From assembly GCF_030435755.1 (NCBI RefSeq), contig NC_080837.1:45075563-45139562 (forward strand): 64,000 nucleotides of DNA, written 5' to 3'. The first letter of the stretch is position 1. Every line of letters starts with the position of its first letter. Source of the DNA: Ochotona princeps. Lineage: Eukaryota. Shown here piece by piece: positions 11,793 to 22,414 of the stretch. The notes under the pieces are model-generated. The model was not told the DNA's origin and did not search any database. It saw nothing but the letters and a program-made list of their open reading frames with translations. The position numbers and the translations under genes were made by a program.

Positions 11793-11974
11793 TAGATGCA
11801 GGAATTCTAAAGTTGACTTTCAAAGAATGCCTGCTTGAACAGCCAGATCATTTTCTTGCCATTTCAGTAAGGAATTATGTTAAGTCAAAATAGAAACAGA
11901 ACACCCACATTATTCCCTCTTACCAAATACACATGGAAACACAGACAGGCCTGCAACTTGGGATCTTCTGGTAC

Positions 11975-11980
11975 TTTATT
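11975..11980 (-). terminator. TEP1: TEP1 poly(A) signal (AATAAA on - strand)
   Basis: tttatt on + strand = aataaa on -, ~65 nt 3' of the TEP1 stop codon. Confidence 0.55.
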
Positions 11981-12043
11981 TTAATCATCGTGTTAAGAAA
12001 GTGCCCACTACTGTCTTCATTTTTCTCCCTGAGGAAAGCATCT

Positions 12044-12166
12044 TCATTCCCAGGACAGAAAGTACACATTGCCCTGTGTGTCTCCCACCATGAGTTTCAG
12101 TGTGGAGTTAGGACCAAGCCAAGGTTCCAAGCAGCACACTGCCCCTTCGCATCGGAACAGGCCCAG
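12044..12166 (-). CDS. TEP1: TEP1 last coding exon (LGLFRCEGAVCCLEPWLGPNSTLKLMVGDTQGNVYFLSWE*)
   Basis: acceptor ctctccttttttgtgtgttttag; stop TGA at 12044-12046; phase 0 continuous with previous exon. Confidence 0.75.
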   Translation of the reverse strand: MGLFRCEGAVCCLEPWLGPNSTLKLMVGDTQGNVYFLSWE

Positions 12167-12369
12167 CTAAAACACACAAAAAAGGAGAGCATGAGCATGA
12201 GGGCTACAGACCTGGGGCCTCCTCACTTAATATTTTTCTCATGTGAACACCTTTTATTTAGAAACAGTTTAGTCATGAGTTTTTGCAAGAGGAATCCAAA
12301 AAAGCAGAATTTGGGTCTTTTATCCTTTTGCGAGATTTTTCTCAGCCCGCTGTGCGCATGCGCACTCAC

Positions 12370-12474
12370 CAGTTCCATGCTGGATTTCTCCCATAACTTC
12401 ACATCCCTGTCCTTCGATGCTGTCACCAGCAACTCGGGCAGCACGTGCAGGGCTGTGACAGAGCCCGAATGGAT
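12370..12474 (-). CDS. TEP1: TEP1 exon, last WD repeat (IHSGSVTALHVLPELLVTASKDRDVKLWEKSSMEL)
   Basis: anchored to ORF 12223-12444; acceptor ctgctttcccttccttcctgag; donor gtgagt. Confidence 0.8.
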
Positions 12475-12600
12475 CTCAGGAAGGAAGGGAAAGCAGTGTG
12501 GTGAGTCCTCAGAGGGGCCTCCTCAGTAAGGAAGCAGCCAGTCACTGGGTCAGGCCTCCAGCCCCCTCCCCTAGAGATGGGACTCCTCCCTCAAACTCAC

Positions 12601-12815
12601 CTTTCTTTGCCACCGTGGGGTTAGGTTTGTAATTACTGGGCAGTACTCCGCATTATCTGATTCAGAGCTCTCTGCTGGGTCTGTCCCTGGAGTCTGGGTT
12701 TCAGGAAGTTTTGTTTTTTGCTGCCAAATGTTACCTGTGTTCCATTCTCCTTCTTGGGTGCATTCAGCCAGGTTCCATAGAGTCCCATCTGAGCTCGGTA
12801 ACAAAACCGAGGACT
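12601..12815 (-). CDS. TEP1: TEP1 exon (...ESSVLLPSSDGTLWNLAECTQEGEWNTGNIWQQKTKLPETQTPGTDPAESSESDNAEYCPVITNLTPRWQRK); 5' boundary uncertain (12813-12840)
   Basis: anchored to ORF 12571-12822; donor gtgagt at 12599-12600; an in-frame upstream stop limits the 5' extent. Confidence 0.65.
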
Positions 12816-14285
12816 CTGCCATTGTAAGGGTGCAGTTAGAATCAAGTCTCAGTCATCCAGGATGGCGTCTCCACTTGGGCCCTCCCGTTCTCACTCACCC
12901 GACCCGGGTTTGGCCTGTGTGAGTGATTTCAGGGCGCCACTAGGACCCTGCAGGATGAAGTCCAGGCCTCCTGAGAACTCTCCTGATTCGTCTTGCTTCT
13001 GTGAAATCATATGTAACTGTGCTGAGACTACTCATAACAGCTCACTCAACTCCGCATGGCAAAGCAAAAGTTTTCTGCTCTGGGCTGATTAGTATCATTT
13101 TTTCAAACTACAACTCAGATACAATAAAGTGCACAAAGCTTAAATATACATGATGATGAAGTTTTACTGATGCATACATCATGCAGTCACACCCAGAAGC
13201 AATATATAGAATGTTTTCAGCACCCCCAAAATTGCCCTCGGTCCCCTTCTCAATCAACACCAAACCATCACCCATGGAGCTAACAACATTTTGACATCTG
13301 TTATGATAGTTTTGCTTCTTAAACTTCTTTTCAGTGAAAGCCTGTCCTAAACTCATGTATGTCTGGTTTCTTTTGTCTCGCATCATATCCATGGCATGTC
13401 TGTATTGTTCCATGCTTCAGTATTCAGCATGACATGTACTTTAACCACATAGCATTCCATTGTATAACTGTACCACCAATTGCTTATCCTTTTCCTATGT
13501 ACAGACCTTGAGATTGTTTTGGCTACAATGAAAAACCAAGTACTATGGAAATTCTTGTCCTGTGTTTAGATGGACATATACACGCATTTCTCTTGGATAT
13601 GAATTTAGGAGTAGAAAGGACAAGCATTAAGCCAGGAACGAATAACCTTCCCAGGCACAAAGAGCTTCCAGGGACAGCCAGATCAAGCATACTCATACCA
13701 GTGAATCATGAATGTCTAGGTCATTGTTAATGTGAGGACAGAGGCAAGATGAAGTCCTTACTCCCAAAATACTAATATAGACAGTGGTAAGATTAGAGAG
13801 ACTCTAATAAATGCAATTAAGGAAATTTCTAGATTTACAATTTGCCATAATATTTTAGCCAGTAAAATTTCACATGGACATGTAACATATAATGCATTAG
13901 ATAGAGCTGCTCCAGTCAAAGGGCAGGGGGAATTGGAATCAACAGTCCTTGCCTCCCTTCCCTTGAGCCTCAATAACGGGCCCCAAGGCTTAAAGACAAT
14001 AATCCTACACACGTGTAGGTTTTAATACACAAACAGAACTTACGAGTAAAAAAAGAAACGCAGTTTTGCTTGATGGCAGAACAAACACACCATAATCCTT
14101 GTGGGTGGATGTCACTACGGGTTGATCAAAGCAGTTCTCCCTGATTTATAAGAAAGAGGCTGAGCCCAGAGTGTCGAGGGGACACCTCTTTTGGTGATTC
14201 CAGTGTTCTAAGACTCAACCTCAGGGTAACCACAAATCCACACTTCCTTTCTCCAGCTCAGGGGAAAGAGCATTTTACATCTTAC

Positions 14286-14426
14286 CAGATTACAGAGGGA
14301 GCCTCTCCTAGCTTCATGTGTAGTAATTCCAGCTCTTTGACCAAGATAAGGGACTGACCATCAGGGGCCAGGTGCATTGCTGTCAGCATCCCTAAGTCCT
14401 CCTGCAGAACTCGGTTCAGACGAAGA
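14286..14426 (-). CDS. TEP1: TEP1 exon (LRLNRVLQEDLGMLTAMHLAPDGQSLILVKELELLHMKLGEAPSVI(W)); 3' boundary uncertain
   Basis: acceptor ctctgtattttctgaactag, phase-continuous with the upstream exon; an in-frame TGG TAA follows, so the donor is GTAAGA at 14284 or GTAATC ~6 nt upstream. Confidence 0.6.
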
Positions 14427-15359
14427 CTAGTTCAGAAAATACAGAGAAAGAGCCTACTTTAGTTACCACTGCCCGGGCTCCTTAGTTCTCTGTGAAGCCA
14501 CGAAAGAGGAAGCATCACCCTCCCTATAATCCTGCTTCTGTTTATTGGCCTACATCCGTATTCATCACTTCTGTCTCCTTCCCAGGTCAAACGCTGATGC
14601 TCAAACGTTCTTATCTTTGCATTTACGCCCCACCACCAAGTGATTAATAAGTCCCATGGCTTCTGCCTCAGTCTGCATCTCTCCACTGCCCAGAGCAGGG
14701 CCCACAATCTGTCTTCCCCGAGCAAATAGAAATGGCTATTGCAGGGGTCTCCCTCCCCTTAGTACCCTTCTACTACCGTCCACCCTCCATAGCCACCAGA
14801 GCTCTCCTTCAAACATTCAAATCACTGAAAAACCCTAGGAAAGGTGCTCCACAGTTTACTTTTTCAATCCAATTTCCACACTACCCCCACTCTGATCAAG
14901 AGTCCAGGACTGGGCCAGACCTAGAATATGTCATGCATATTAGTGCCTCTGTGCATTTTATTAATGCTATTTCCCCTTCCTAAAACTGTTCCCTTCCCTT
15001 ACTGATCCAGCAAAATCCTGCTCATTCCTTAAGCCCAACCTCAACCATCAACGCTCTCCTACAATCTCTTAATTCTACAGCCCTGAGCCCAACTTCAAAC
15101 ATCAACACCTTCATATAATCTGTAGCCCTGGGAACAAATGTGTGTACACATGGGTGTCTTCATTGTAGCACTAATCACTGTGACTATTCTGGTGGCTTCG
15201 TTACATGTAATCCTTCTGTTGTGTGAACTTCTTTAAGAAACATACTTCCTCTGTGTCTGGTTCAAATCGCTTGGGCCAGAGCTTGACATCAGTTAGGCAC
15301 TTGGGAATTAATCATTTAAATTGCCAGGATCAGAAAGGAATTTCTACAATATTCTATTG

Positions 15360-15587
15360 AGGGACTGGCATTGTGAAATAGCAAGCTAAGCCTGGTTTGA
15401 ATCCCACTTCCCAAACAGCTCCCTGCTAATGCACCTGGGAAAGCAGCAAAAGATGGCCCAGCCCTAGCCATTGCAGCCAGTTGGGGAACAAACCAGAGGA
15501 TACAAGATTCTCTGTGTCTCTCCTCTGCTCTCAGTAACTTTGCTTTCAAATAAATAAGTAAATCTTTAAAAAAAAAAAAAAAAAAAA
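15360..15587 (+). mobile_element. C-repeat-related SINE with poly-A tail
   Basis: ggcattgtgaaatagcaagctaagcctgg..taaatctttaaaaaaaaaaaaaaaaaa. Confidence 0.75.
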
Positions 15588-15692
15588 GTCCTGTTGACCT
15601 AGTTTAGAAGCAGAAATGGAGTACTTTGAGTAAAATCCCAAGTATGAGGAGGCTATTATTCCTATCGCATTAACCCAGCCGCTTCATCTCAC

Positions 15693-15814
15693 CTGAAATT
15701 TCTGGGTGTCATACCCTTCTGCAGTTCCACTTGCCACTCGGTGACTTTTTCATCATCACTGACAATAATGGAGTGTGCAGAGTACCAGATCAGAGCACTG
15801 ATGTAGCCTGAGGT
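15693..15814 (-). CDS. TEP1: TEP1 WD exon (TSGYISALIWYSAHSIIVSDDEKVTEWQVELQKGMTPRNF)
   Basis: acceptor cttgcgtccaccag, donor gtgaga; phases match both neighbours. Confidence 0.7.
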
Positions 15815-15970
15815 CTGGTGGACGCAAGTTCAAGTCAGTATTTTGGAGGAGCCAGGATTAACCCTCTCCCCTCCCAGGCACATGGGCCATCCCCAACCGT
15901 GGCATGTGCCATTAAGCAGAGAGTCAGGAGGGAAGGCATGCAGACCAAGAACTGAGGTCAACCAGCTCAC

Positions 15971-16107
15971 CTGTGCTGTGGCCACAGCCTTAGTGTCCTG
16001 CCACAGGGTTAGTTCCCCAGCTGCATTTCCAGACACTGACAAGGAGCCATCTGGGGCCCAGGCCACAGCAGTAATGGGTGCAGAACTTCTGGGCATACAT
16101 GTGCCAT
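15971..16107 (-). CDS. TEP1: TEP1 WD exon (DGTCMPRSSAPITAVAWAPDGSLSVSGNAAGELTLWQDTKAVATAQ)
   Basis: anchored to ORF 15830-16144; acceptor cacttaccttctttag, donor gtgagc. Confidence 0.82.
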
Positions 16108-16221
16108 CTAAAGAAGGTAAGTGATTCATATATATATCTATCACGTGAACCTTGACCTTCTATGTCCCAGCAATAGAAACTTCCTTCTTGCTTTACTTGC
16201 CTCTCTCCACGGCTCACTCAC

Positions 16222-16354
16222 CTGCCTCCTTAGGCACCTGCCAGAGCCGAATGGAAGCATCCTCTGCTGCAGTCAGCAGGAGGCCTGAACTCTCTGAAAC
16301 GGCAGCCGCGCTGATTGGCCCGCTGTGGCCCAGGAGGGTGTGTGTTTGGCAGAC
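16222..16354 (-). CDS. TEP1: TEP1 WD exon (VCQTHTLLGHSGPISAAAVSESSGLLLTAAEDASIRLWQVPKEA)
   Basis: anchored to ORF 16214-16426; acceptor ctatctccatcctgtcccag, donor gtgagt. Confidence 0.82.
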
Positions 16355-16453
16355 CTGGGACAGGATGGAGATAGGCAGGAAGGAAGTTAACAGAAGTTTG
16401 TCCACATGCTTTCTCCACTTCCCCACCTAACCAAATCCCAGCAGGAAGCTCAC

Positions 16454-16530
16454 CAAGAGTGGATGCCACAACCGTGTGGCCCCATCCAGTCCAGCAGTCA
16501 CCACAAGCAGCTCTGACCCAGGCTGTCCAG
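16454..16530 (-). CDS. TEP1: TEP1 WD exon (AGQPGSELLVVTAGLDGATRLWHPLL)
   Basis: acceptor ctctgtgttgtcttatcag, donor gtgagc; phases match both neighbours. Confidence 0.7.
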
Positions 16531-16620
16531 CTGATAAGACAACACAGAGTCAGACAAGGGGGAGATGCAGGAGTGAAGGGAAGCAGCAGCGGGAAGGGCA
16601 GATGACTGATATTTCACTAC

Positions 16621-16753
16621 CTGCACGGGGCCACAGGGCAGCTGCGCACTGGCTGATGGGCTTGGAGTGAGCAGGGATGCTGGTCAGCTCTACACCCTTC
16701 TGGTTCCACACCTTCAAGGTCCCGTCCCGGCCGACAGACACCACATGCTCTTC
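16621..16753 (-). CDS. TEP1: TEP1 WD exon (EEHVVSVGRDGTLKVWNQKGVELTSIPAHSKPISQCAAALWPRA)
   Basis: anchored to ORF 16550-16744; acceptor ...gctgttgtggtag, donor gtagtg; phase 1 joins the next exon. Confidence 0.75.
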
Positions 16754-17074
16754 CTACCACAACAGCACAGTCAGAGCAGGATCATGCTGAGCAATGCATG
16801 GGAAATGGAGCTCCCTCCACAGGGCTTGCAAGAGGTCAGGGTGAGGAGAACTCAGGAGCAGTGGGGTGTGGTGGTTCAGGACTGCGATCCTGACACTGAG
16901 ATGCTAGTATCCTCTCACCAGTCCTCAGTCTCAACACCACAAGCCAGCACCAAGCCTCTGCTTCTTGACGTTTCTATTGACTTTAGGATCAAATACATGG
17001 CATGCCCAGTCCCCTAAAGCCCCCTTAGCCCTCTCATAGATGTGTAGGGAGTGAATTTTCCACTGCCTTCTTAC

Positions 17075-17182
17075 CATGGCCACCATGGAGCTCACAGCAC
17101 TCTGATGACCCAGGAACTGACCAAGCTGCTGCCTCAACTTTGGGTCCCAGACACCCAGAGAGCCATCACTGGAGCAGGAGAT
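17075..17182 (-). CDS. TEP1: TEP1 WD exon (ISCSSDGSLGVWDPKLRQQLGQFLGHQSAVSSMVAM)
   Basis: anchored to ORF 16931-17137; acceptor ctgatgtctgactctgcag, donor gtaaga. Confidence 0.82.
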
Positions 17183-18023
17183 CTGCAGAGTCAGACATCA
17201 GAGGAAGGGAACAACCAGCACCCCACCATCACTGCCGTATGTTCACACTATGGGGCAGAGGGTGATAAGCCTTGTGATCCTGACGTACAGACTCTCCTGC
17301 ACTCAGAGTCCTGCTTCACATCCACTGATCCGAGCCTTGGGACTCTCATGCATCCAGTGAGGATAATGATGGTGCACCTGTCTGATCCAGCTGCTAGGGG
17401 CCACGGGCAGCTACATAAAGGATTTGGCATACTGCCTGGGACACAGCAACCAGAGAAGAAATAACAGCAATGTTGTTCCTGTTGTGGCTGTAATGCCAGT
17501 CAACAAAGAGAAGGTTGGAAAACCTGCAGCACCAAGGAGAAATCTGGTTGCCTAGAAAGTACAGGTAAAACTATGGCTAGACTATACAGCTGATACTCAT
17601 TCCTCTCTTCCCCTGGTTGAGAAGAACATAGGGTCTGTGCATTGGAAATTGAAACTTTACCAACTCTGAGTACGTAATTGGAGATGCATTTTTTTATGCG
17701 CTAAGGATCAAATAATTCACAGCAGTCCATTTCACCTGCAGGCTGAGAATCCTAAACCCTGGAGAGACAGTACGGGGTTCTTGTTAAGAGCAGGTGCTTT
17801 CTAATCGGAAAGCTTACTGGCTCAGCTTTATCAGTGACATGACCTTGGAACTGTTCATTCTGAGTTCTATTTCCTTGTATCTCCTTTATGGCAAGGTGAA
17901 GACTCAGTCAATATACATGAAGAGTTTAGTTCAATGCCCAGTATATGCCAAGTGTTGGCAACATTGGATTTACTACTATGAAGAGGTACTAGAAGGACAA
18001 GAGCCACCCTGCCCCTTACTCAC

Positions 18024-18137
18024 CAGCAGGTTGTCTTTGGTCCAGGCACAGCCAGTGATCCAGTCACGGTGACAGGCAACGAAGGTGCAGATCAGAACAG
18101 GTGTTTGAGGGGTCCTCACATCCCAGCAAAGGAGACT
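18024..18137 (-). CDS. TEP1: TEP1 WD exon (SLLCWDVRTPQTPVLICTFVACHRDWITGCAWTKDNLL)
   Basis: acceptor ctttctgtccttggggtccaaccag, donor gtgagt; phase 0 on both sides. Confidence 0.72.
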
Positions 18138-18300
18138 CTGGTTGGACCCCAAGGACAGAAAGCAGTCAGGACAGAAAAAGGGAAGAGGGGATACCAGGCT
18201 TTTTCAGACAAGAGATTTCAAGGGGGTAAAAAAAAAAAGTGTAAAGAATCTGTAGGAAGAAGCCCAGGAGCCAGAGTGCTGTGGGATCCAGGGTGCTCAC

Positions 18301-18512
18301 CTGGTCCCTGCCCCCCGTGGCCAGGCTGCCTCCATCACTGCTGAAGCTACAGCAGCTCACAGGACCCTCGTGTCCCCGGAGCTCAATGCCATGAGGAACA
18401 TCTTCGGCCTTATGTGGCCCCTTCAGCAGCTGCTTCTGCCACAGGCACACTGTGAAATCCTCTGCATTGGAAACAGAGAGGAAGGCTTCCTCAAAGACGA
18501 GGCAAAGTGGGC
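18301..18512 (-). CDS. TEP1: TEP1 WD exon (PLCLVFEEAFLSVSNAEDFTVCLWQKQLLKGPHKAEDVPHGIELRGHEGPVSCCSFSSDGGSLATGGRDQ)
   Basis: anchored to ORF 18166-18534; acceptor tgcctttggtctcctag, donor gtgagc. Confidence 0.82.
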
Positions 18513-18917
18513 CTAGGAGACCAAAGGCAGTCATGGGAGCCTAGGGTAATGTCCGAGGGCACAGCCACAGGGTATGATGAGGCTGTGCACAGGGGCCAGT
18601 CACCCTGTGGGCGTGCAGGGCAGGGACAGCCAGCACTCCCAGCTCGTGCTACAATTGTATAGCTCACACAAGCACCATGGTGCTTTGTCTCTCACTAACT
18701 CCCCGCCACACTTCCCAGTCCCTTCAGTGACATTTCACTTTCTTATCAGCAAAGACCAAGCCCCCACGAGAGAGGACAGAGGCCATTCTACATATCCACA
18801 TCAGCATCTCCCTCTCTCTCCTTCGAAGAGAAACCTATCTGTTTACAGGCAAAGTCTCACACTGGATAGAAACTCAAAAGATCCCTGGGAATTTAGAGGT
18901 CTCCGAATGAGGATTGG

Positions 18918-19215
18918 GGGCTAGCACTGTGCATAGCAGGTGAAAGCTGCTGCCTTCGACACTGGCATCCTGTACAGGCACCGGTCCAGGTCCCGGCTGC
19001 TCCACTTCCAGTCCAGCTCCCTGCTCATGTGTCTGGGAGAGCAGGGGAGAACAGCCCAAGTGCTTGGACTCCTGTACCCATGTGGGAGACCCAGCTTTCA
19101 GCCTGTCCAAACCCCAGCCTTTGCAGCCATTTGGGGAGTGAGCAAGTGGATGAAAAATCTGTCTTTCCCCATCTGCCTCTGTAACTCTGCCTCTCAGATA
19201 AACACAACAAATCTT
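18918..19215 (+). mobile_element. C-repeat-related SINE
   Basis: TEP1 intron. Confidence 0.75.
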
Positions 19216-19389
19216 TCAAAGTAACAATAATAAAGGAACAAGCATTACAGAACAAACGATTTAGACTGATTATGTTAGATTAACACACTCTAAAGCACTG
19301 TGAAAGGCATAAAAACAAAAAGTCTTACATGTATTTTCATATATACATAAACATATAAATTGAAGGAAGGCCTTGGCTTTTTTTGTTTG

Positions 19390-19640
19390 TTTTAATCTAT
19401 TTGAGAGAGACAGAGCTTCCACTGCGAGGTCATTCCCCGAATTTCCTCTGGCAGGAAGCTGGGAAATGAGTACTCAGTCCAGGTCTCCCATTGGATGGCT
19501 CAAAATATTGGCTGCCACCCACAAGACAGACCTGAGTTGAATTCCTTTTTCTTAGTATTGACCCCAGCCCAGCCCTGGTCACTGCAGGCATTTGGGAAGT
19601 AAACCAGCAAATTAGCACTCTCTCTCTTTGCCCCTCAGTA
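19390..19640. mobile_element. composite or fragmentary SINE
   Basis: antisense-type 5' end joined to a sense-type 3' end. Confidence 0.5.
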
Positions 19641-19664
19641 ACTCCATCCACTACCCAAGAGTAC

Positions 19665-19877
19665 CTGAGGCAGAAGCCAGGAGTTGCTGGGAGGTGGCCA
19701 GTCCCAGCACAGGTTTCTGGTGTCTGGCCAGAAGCCAGAGGGACCGGAGAGAGCCCTCCTTGAGCAGCCAGCCCTGCAGGGAGCCGTCTTCTGCCCCACT
19801 CACCAGCACGTCAGGGCCTAGCCATGCCAGTGCAGACACTGCCACATCGAGTGCTTGACAAAGAATGCCCTGGGGAC
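19665..19877 (-). CDS. TEP1: TEP1 WD exon (PQGILCQALDVAVSALAWLGPDVLVSGAEDGSLQGWLLKEGSLRSLWLLARHQKPVLGLATSQQLLASAS)
   Basis: anchored to ORF 19651-20145; acceptor ctgctctgctgttttgcag, donor gtactc. Confidence 0.82.
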
Positions 19878-19976
19878 CTGCAAAACAGCAGAGCAGGGAG
19901 CTCAGAAAGGGTTCAGGGGCTGGGGGGTTGGCATCTTCCAGAAGGAGCAGCCACACACGCATCTCCCCTTCAGTAC

Positions 19977-20130
19977 CTGAAGGGATTTTGTAGATCCTAA
20001 TGCCATCTGCTCGGTATCCAACAGCCACCCGATCACCATCTGGGCTGAGGGCCACGGAGAGGGCAGGAGAGAGGGAAAGGGAACCAAGACACCCAAGGGG
20101 TTGGCCAAGGGACTCTGACCACACTTGGAC
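19977..20130 (-). CDS. TEP1: TEP1 WD exon (VQVWSESLGQPLGCLGSLSLSPALSVALSPDGDRVAVGYRADGIRIYKIPS)
   Basis: anchored to ORF 19651-20145; acceptor ccgtgttttccccacag, donor gtactg; 99-nt intron to the next exon. Confidence 0.82.
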
Positions 20131-20287
20131 CTGTGGGGAAAACACGGCTTAAGGATACTCACCTCTACCACCTACCCAGAGCTACAGCCGCTGTTGTTCA
20201 AGTCCCCTTCCAGAGACTCGTCTTAGAAGTCTCATGCTGTAGACAGGCTGTCCTCCTTGTAAGCCACATGGGCCTCTGTGACCTGAC

Positions 20288-20500
20288 CTTGCCATCCTCT
20301 CCAGCCGTCAGCAACTGGTGCCCCGCATGCAGGAAAAGCACAGCAGATACAGGGCCATAGTGAGCCGGGAAGGCAGCTAGCCGAGCCCCCTCCTGCCAGG
20401 CCCATAACTCCACTGTCTTGTCCAGCCGGCCTACAGCCACAACCTTCCCAGGTGCGTTGAAGGCCAAGGTACGAACAGAGGCTCCTGGGGCCCCCAGTTC
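20288..20500 (-). CDS. TEP1: TEP1 WD exon (ELGAPGASVRTLAFNAPGKVVAVGRLDKTVELWAWQEGARLAAFPAHYGPVSAVLFLHAGHQLLTAGEDGK)
   Basis: anchored to ORF 20198-20506; acceptor cttctacctctctgtgcag, weak donor gtcagg. Confidence 0.82.
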
Positions 20501-20624
20501 CTGCACAGAGAGGTAGAAGCAGAAATGTCAGGGCAGGTGCTCTGCACAAGCCCAAGCGACACTGGTGGCCATCATTCCCCCTCTTTCACTCTGTCCTCCC
20601 GTGCTTCCTCCCTTAGCTGCTCAC

Positions 20625-20780
20625 CTTGATGACTTTGAGCCCATCCACCTGGAAGAAGCTGCAGCTTCCAGCCCAGCTGCCCACAGCTATCATCTGACCC
20701 TCTGGATGGAAGGCAATGCAGTTCAGGGACTTGGGACAAGTGTGCTGCTGGGCCAGCTGCCCACGGACTGTGTCCCAGAG
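20625..20780 (-). CDS. TEP1: TEP1 WD exon (LWDTVRGQLAQQHTCPKSLNCIAFHPEGQMIAVGSWAGSCSFFQVDGLKVIK)
   Basis: acceptor tcctctgctctctccgcag, donor gtgagc; phase 0 both sides. Confidence 0.75.
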
Positions 20781-20961
20781 CTGCGGAGAGAGCAGAGGAT
20801 TCAGAGCACTGCACTTCTCAGTCGGAGAGCTTCAGGGCCACCTTGGTGCTGCTGCTCCCCAGCAGGGAAGGCCTCCCTCCCCAGGGCAAGCAGTCAGCAA
20901 GCCCCTGATGCACTGAGAGAAGTCTCCCAGCATCCACTACCACAACACTGCAAGCCTTCAC

Positions 20962-21061
20962 CTTCAGGCATCCTCCCAGGCAGGCTGTGGCCAGCAACCG
21001 GCGGTCCGGGCTCAGGCAGCAGCCAGTGATTTGGTACGCGTGGGCTTTGGTCTGGAGCACT
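20962..21061 (-). CDS. TEP1: TEP1 WD exon (VLQTKAHAYQITGCCLSPDRRLLATACLGGCLK)
   Basis: anchored to ORF 20818-21060; acceptor ctttgtcttcttgaggtag, donor gtgaag; the in-frame read-through to a stop at 20818 is intronic. Confidence 0.75.
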
Positions 21062-21167
21062 CTACCTCAAGAAGACAAAGGTCCTTGGGGCGCCCCCTAG
21101 CCATAGGGTCCCCCTCAGTGTCTTTCCCTCCAGGCTTGCAGATGACATGAGGGGCAGGGCCCTTTAC

Positions 21168-21292
21168 CTGCAACCATGCTGCAGGTCCCAGAGCTCCAGT
21201 AGCCCATCAAAGGCAGTGAGAAAGAGCGTGTTGTCTGAGAGGAACAAACAGCAGGAGACGCCGTCACAGCCACTCACCACAGACTTCTCCTC
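21168..21292 (-). CDS. TEP1: TEP1 WD exon (EEKSVVSGCDGVSCCLFLSDNTLFLTAFDGLLELWDLQHGC)
   Basis: anchored to ORF 21164-21352; acceptor ...cacttgccatcacag, donor gtaaag. Confidence 0.8.
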
Positions 21293-21724
21293 CTGTGATG
21301 GCAAGTGCACAAGTTCGTTCAAGCCACTCCCGGGACTGTGGGATGCCACCATTGCAGGCCCCCACTAAAAAGAAGGCCAAGGCAAGAGGCCCTCGAGCTG
21401 TTGGCTCTCTGCATCCCCCAGCCCAAGCTCAAAGCCAAGTTAAGAATAAAACAAAATTTTTTTAATATATACTTTGAATAAAATTTATTTTATTGCAAAA
21501 AAATTGAAATTCATCTCTAGGTTGTTTGTAATAAGCGTTTCTGTGACCATTTTAAAGATGCATCACATGCATAGATTTAAAAAGATTCCCTATCCCCCTG
21601 AACCTTTTTTTTTTCTTTTTCTTTAACTGTAATTAACTATATAAAGATTGTCAACAACAGCACAATAAAATAGATTATAAAAAAAAAAAGATTCATATCA
21701 CAACAACCGCATCTTTTAAGAAGT

Positions 21725-21995
21725 TATTCTCATTTAATTGAGAAGTGGAGAGACACAGAGAGCTCCTTCATCTGCTGGTTTACTCCCCAGATGCCCACAA
21801 CAGTCAGGACTGGGCCAGGCTGAAAGCAGAACTCCAGAACTCCATGCCAGTGATGGGCCATCATCTGCTGCCTTCCAGGGTACACACCAGTGGGGAACTG
21901 GACTGGAAGAGGAGGAAGTGAGACTTGAACCAGCAGTCCCACATGAGAGGCAGGCATCCCCACCAGAGTCTTCACTCACTGCACCAAATGTCTAC
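21725..21995 (-). mobile_element. C-repeat-related SINE, diverged
   Basis: TEP1 intron. Confidence 0.7.
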
Positions 21996-22092
21996 TCCTA
22001 AACTTGCCTTTTACTTCCATTTTTCCTCATAAACATTTAAAGAACCCTCATCTTTGGGGGTAATAAATATAACAACACATAATGAATGCAGG

Positions 22093-22395
22093 CTAGGGGC
22101 CCAGTGTGGCTAAAGTCTTTGCCTTGTGTGCTTCAGAATCCCATATGGTTACGGGTTCATGTCACTATGGTTCCACTTCCCATCCAGCTCCCTGCTTGTG
22201 GCCTGGGAAAGCAGTGGAGGATGGCCCAAAGCCTTGGGACCCTGCACCTGTGTGGGAGACCTGGAAGAAGCCCCAGGCTTCAGATTGGCTCAGCTTCAGC
22301 CATTGCGGCCGCTTGGGACGTGTGGAAGATCTTTCTCTCTGTCTCTCCTCCTCCCTGTATATCTGACTTTCCAATAAAAATAAAGTATCTCTTTA
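22093..22395 (+). mobile_element. C-repeat SINE
   Basis: ggcccagtgtggctaaagtctttgcc.. Confidence 0.85.
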
Positions 22396-22414
22396 AAAAA
22401 AAAAGAATGCAGGC

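Noticed and set aside
12735-12737. GTAACA donor after ..EGEWNT that I first used to end the TEP1 exon
   Set aside because: The frame continues into GNIWQQKTKLPETQTPGTDP.., which is clearly TEP1-like coding sequence, and the next exon needs a phase-0 partner. The exon runs on to the GTGAGT donor at 12599.
17248-17430. Minus-strand ORF with a WD-like string (LAAGSDRCTIIIL) and a strong acceptor at 17425
   Set aside because: The flanking TEP1 exons (18024-18137 and 17075-17182) join directly in phase 0 and reproduce the expected ..DNLL|ISCSSDGS.. junction. An exon here would break the frame. Treated as intronic; possibly a decayed duplicated WD exon.
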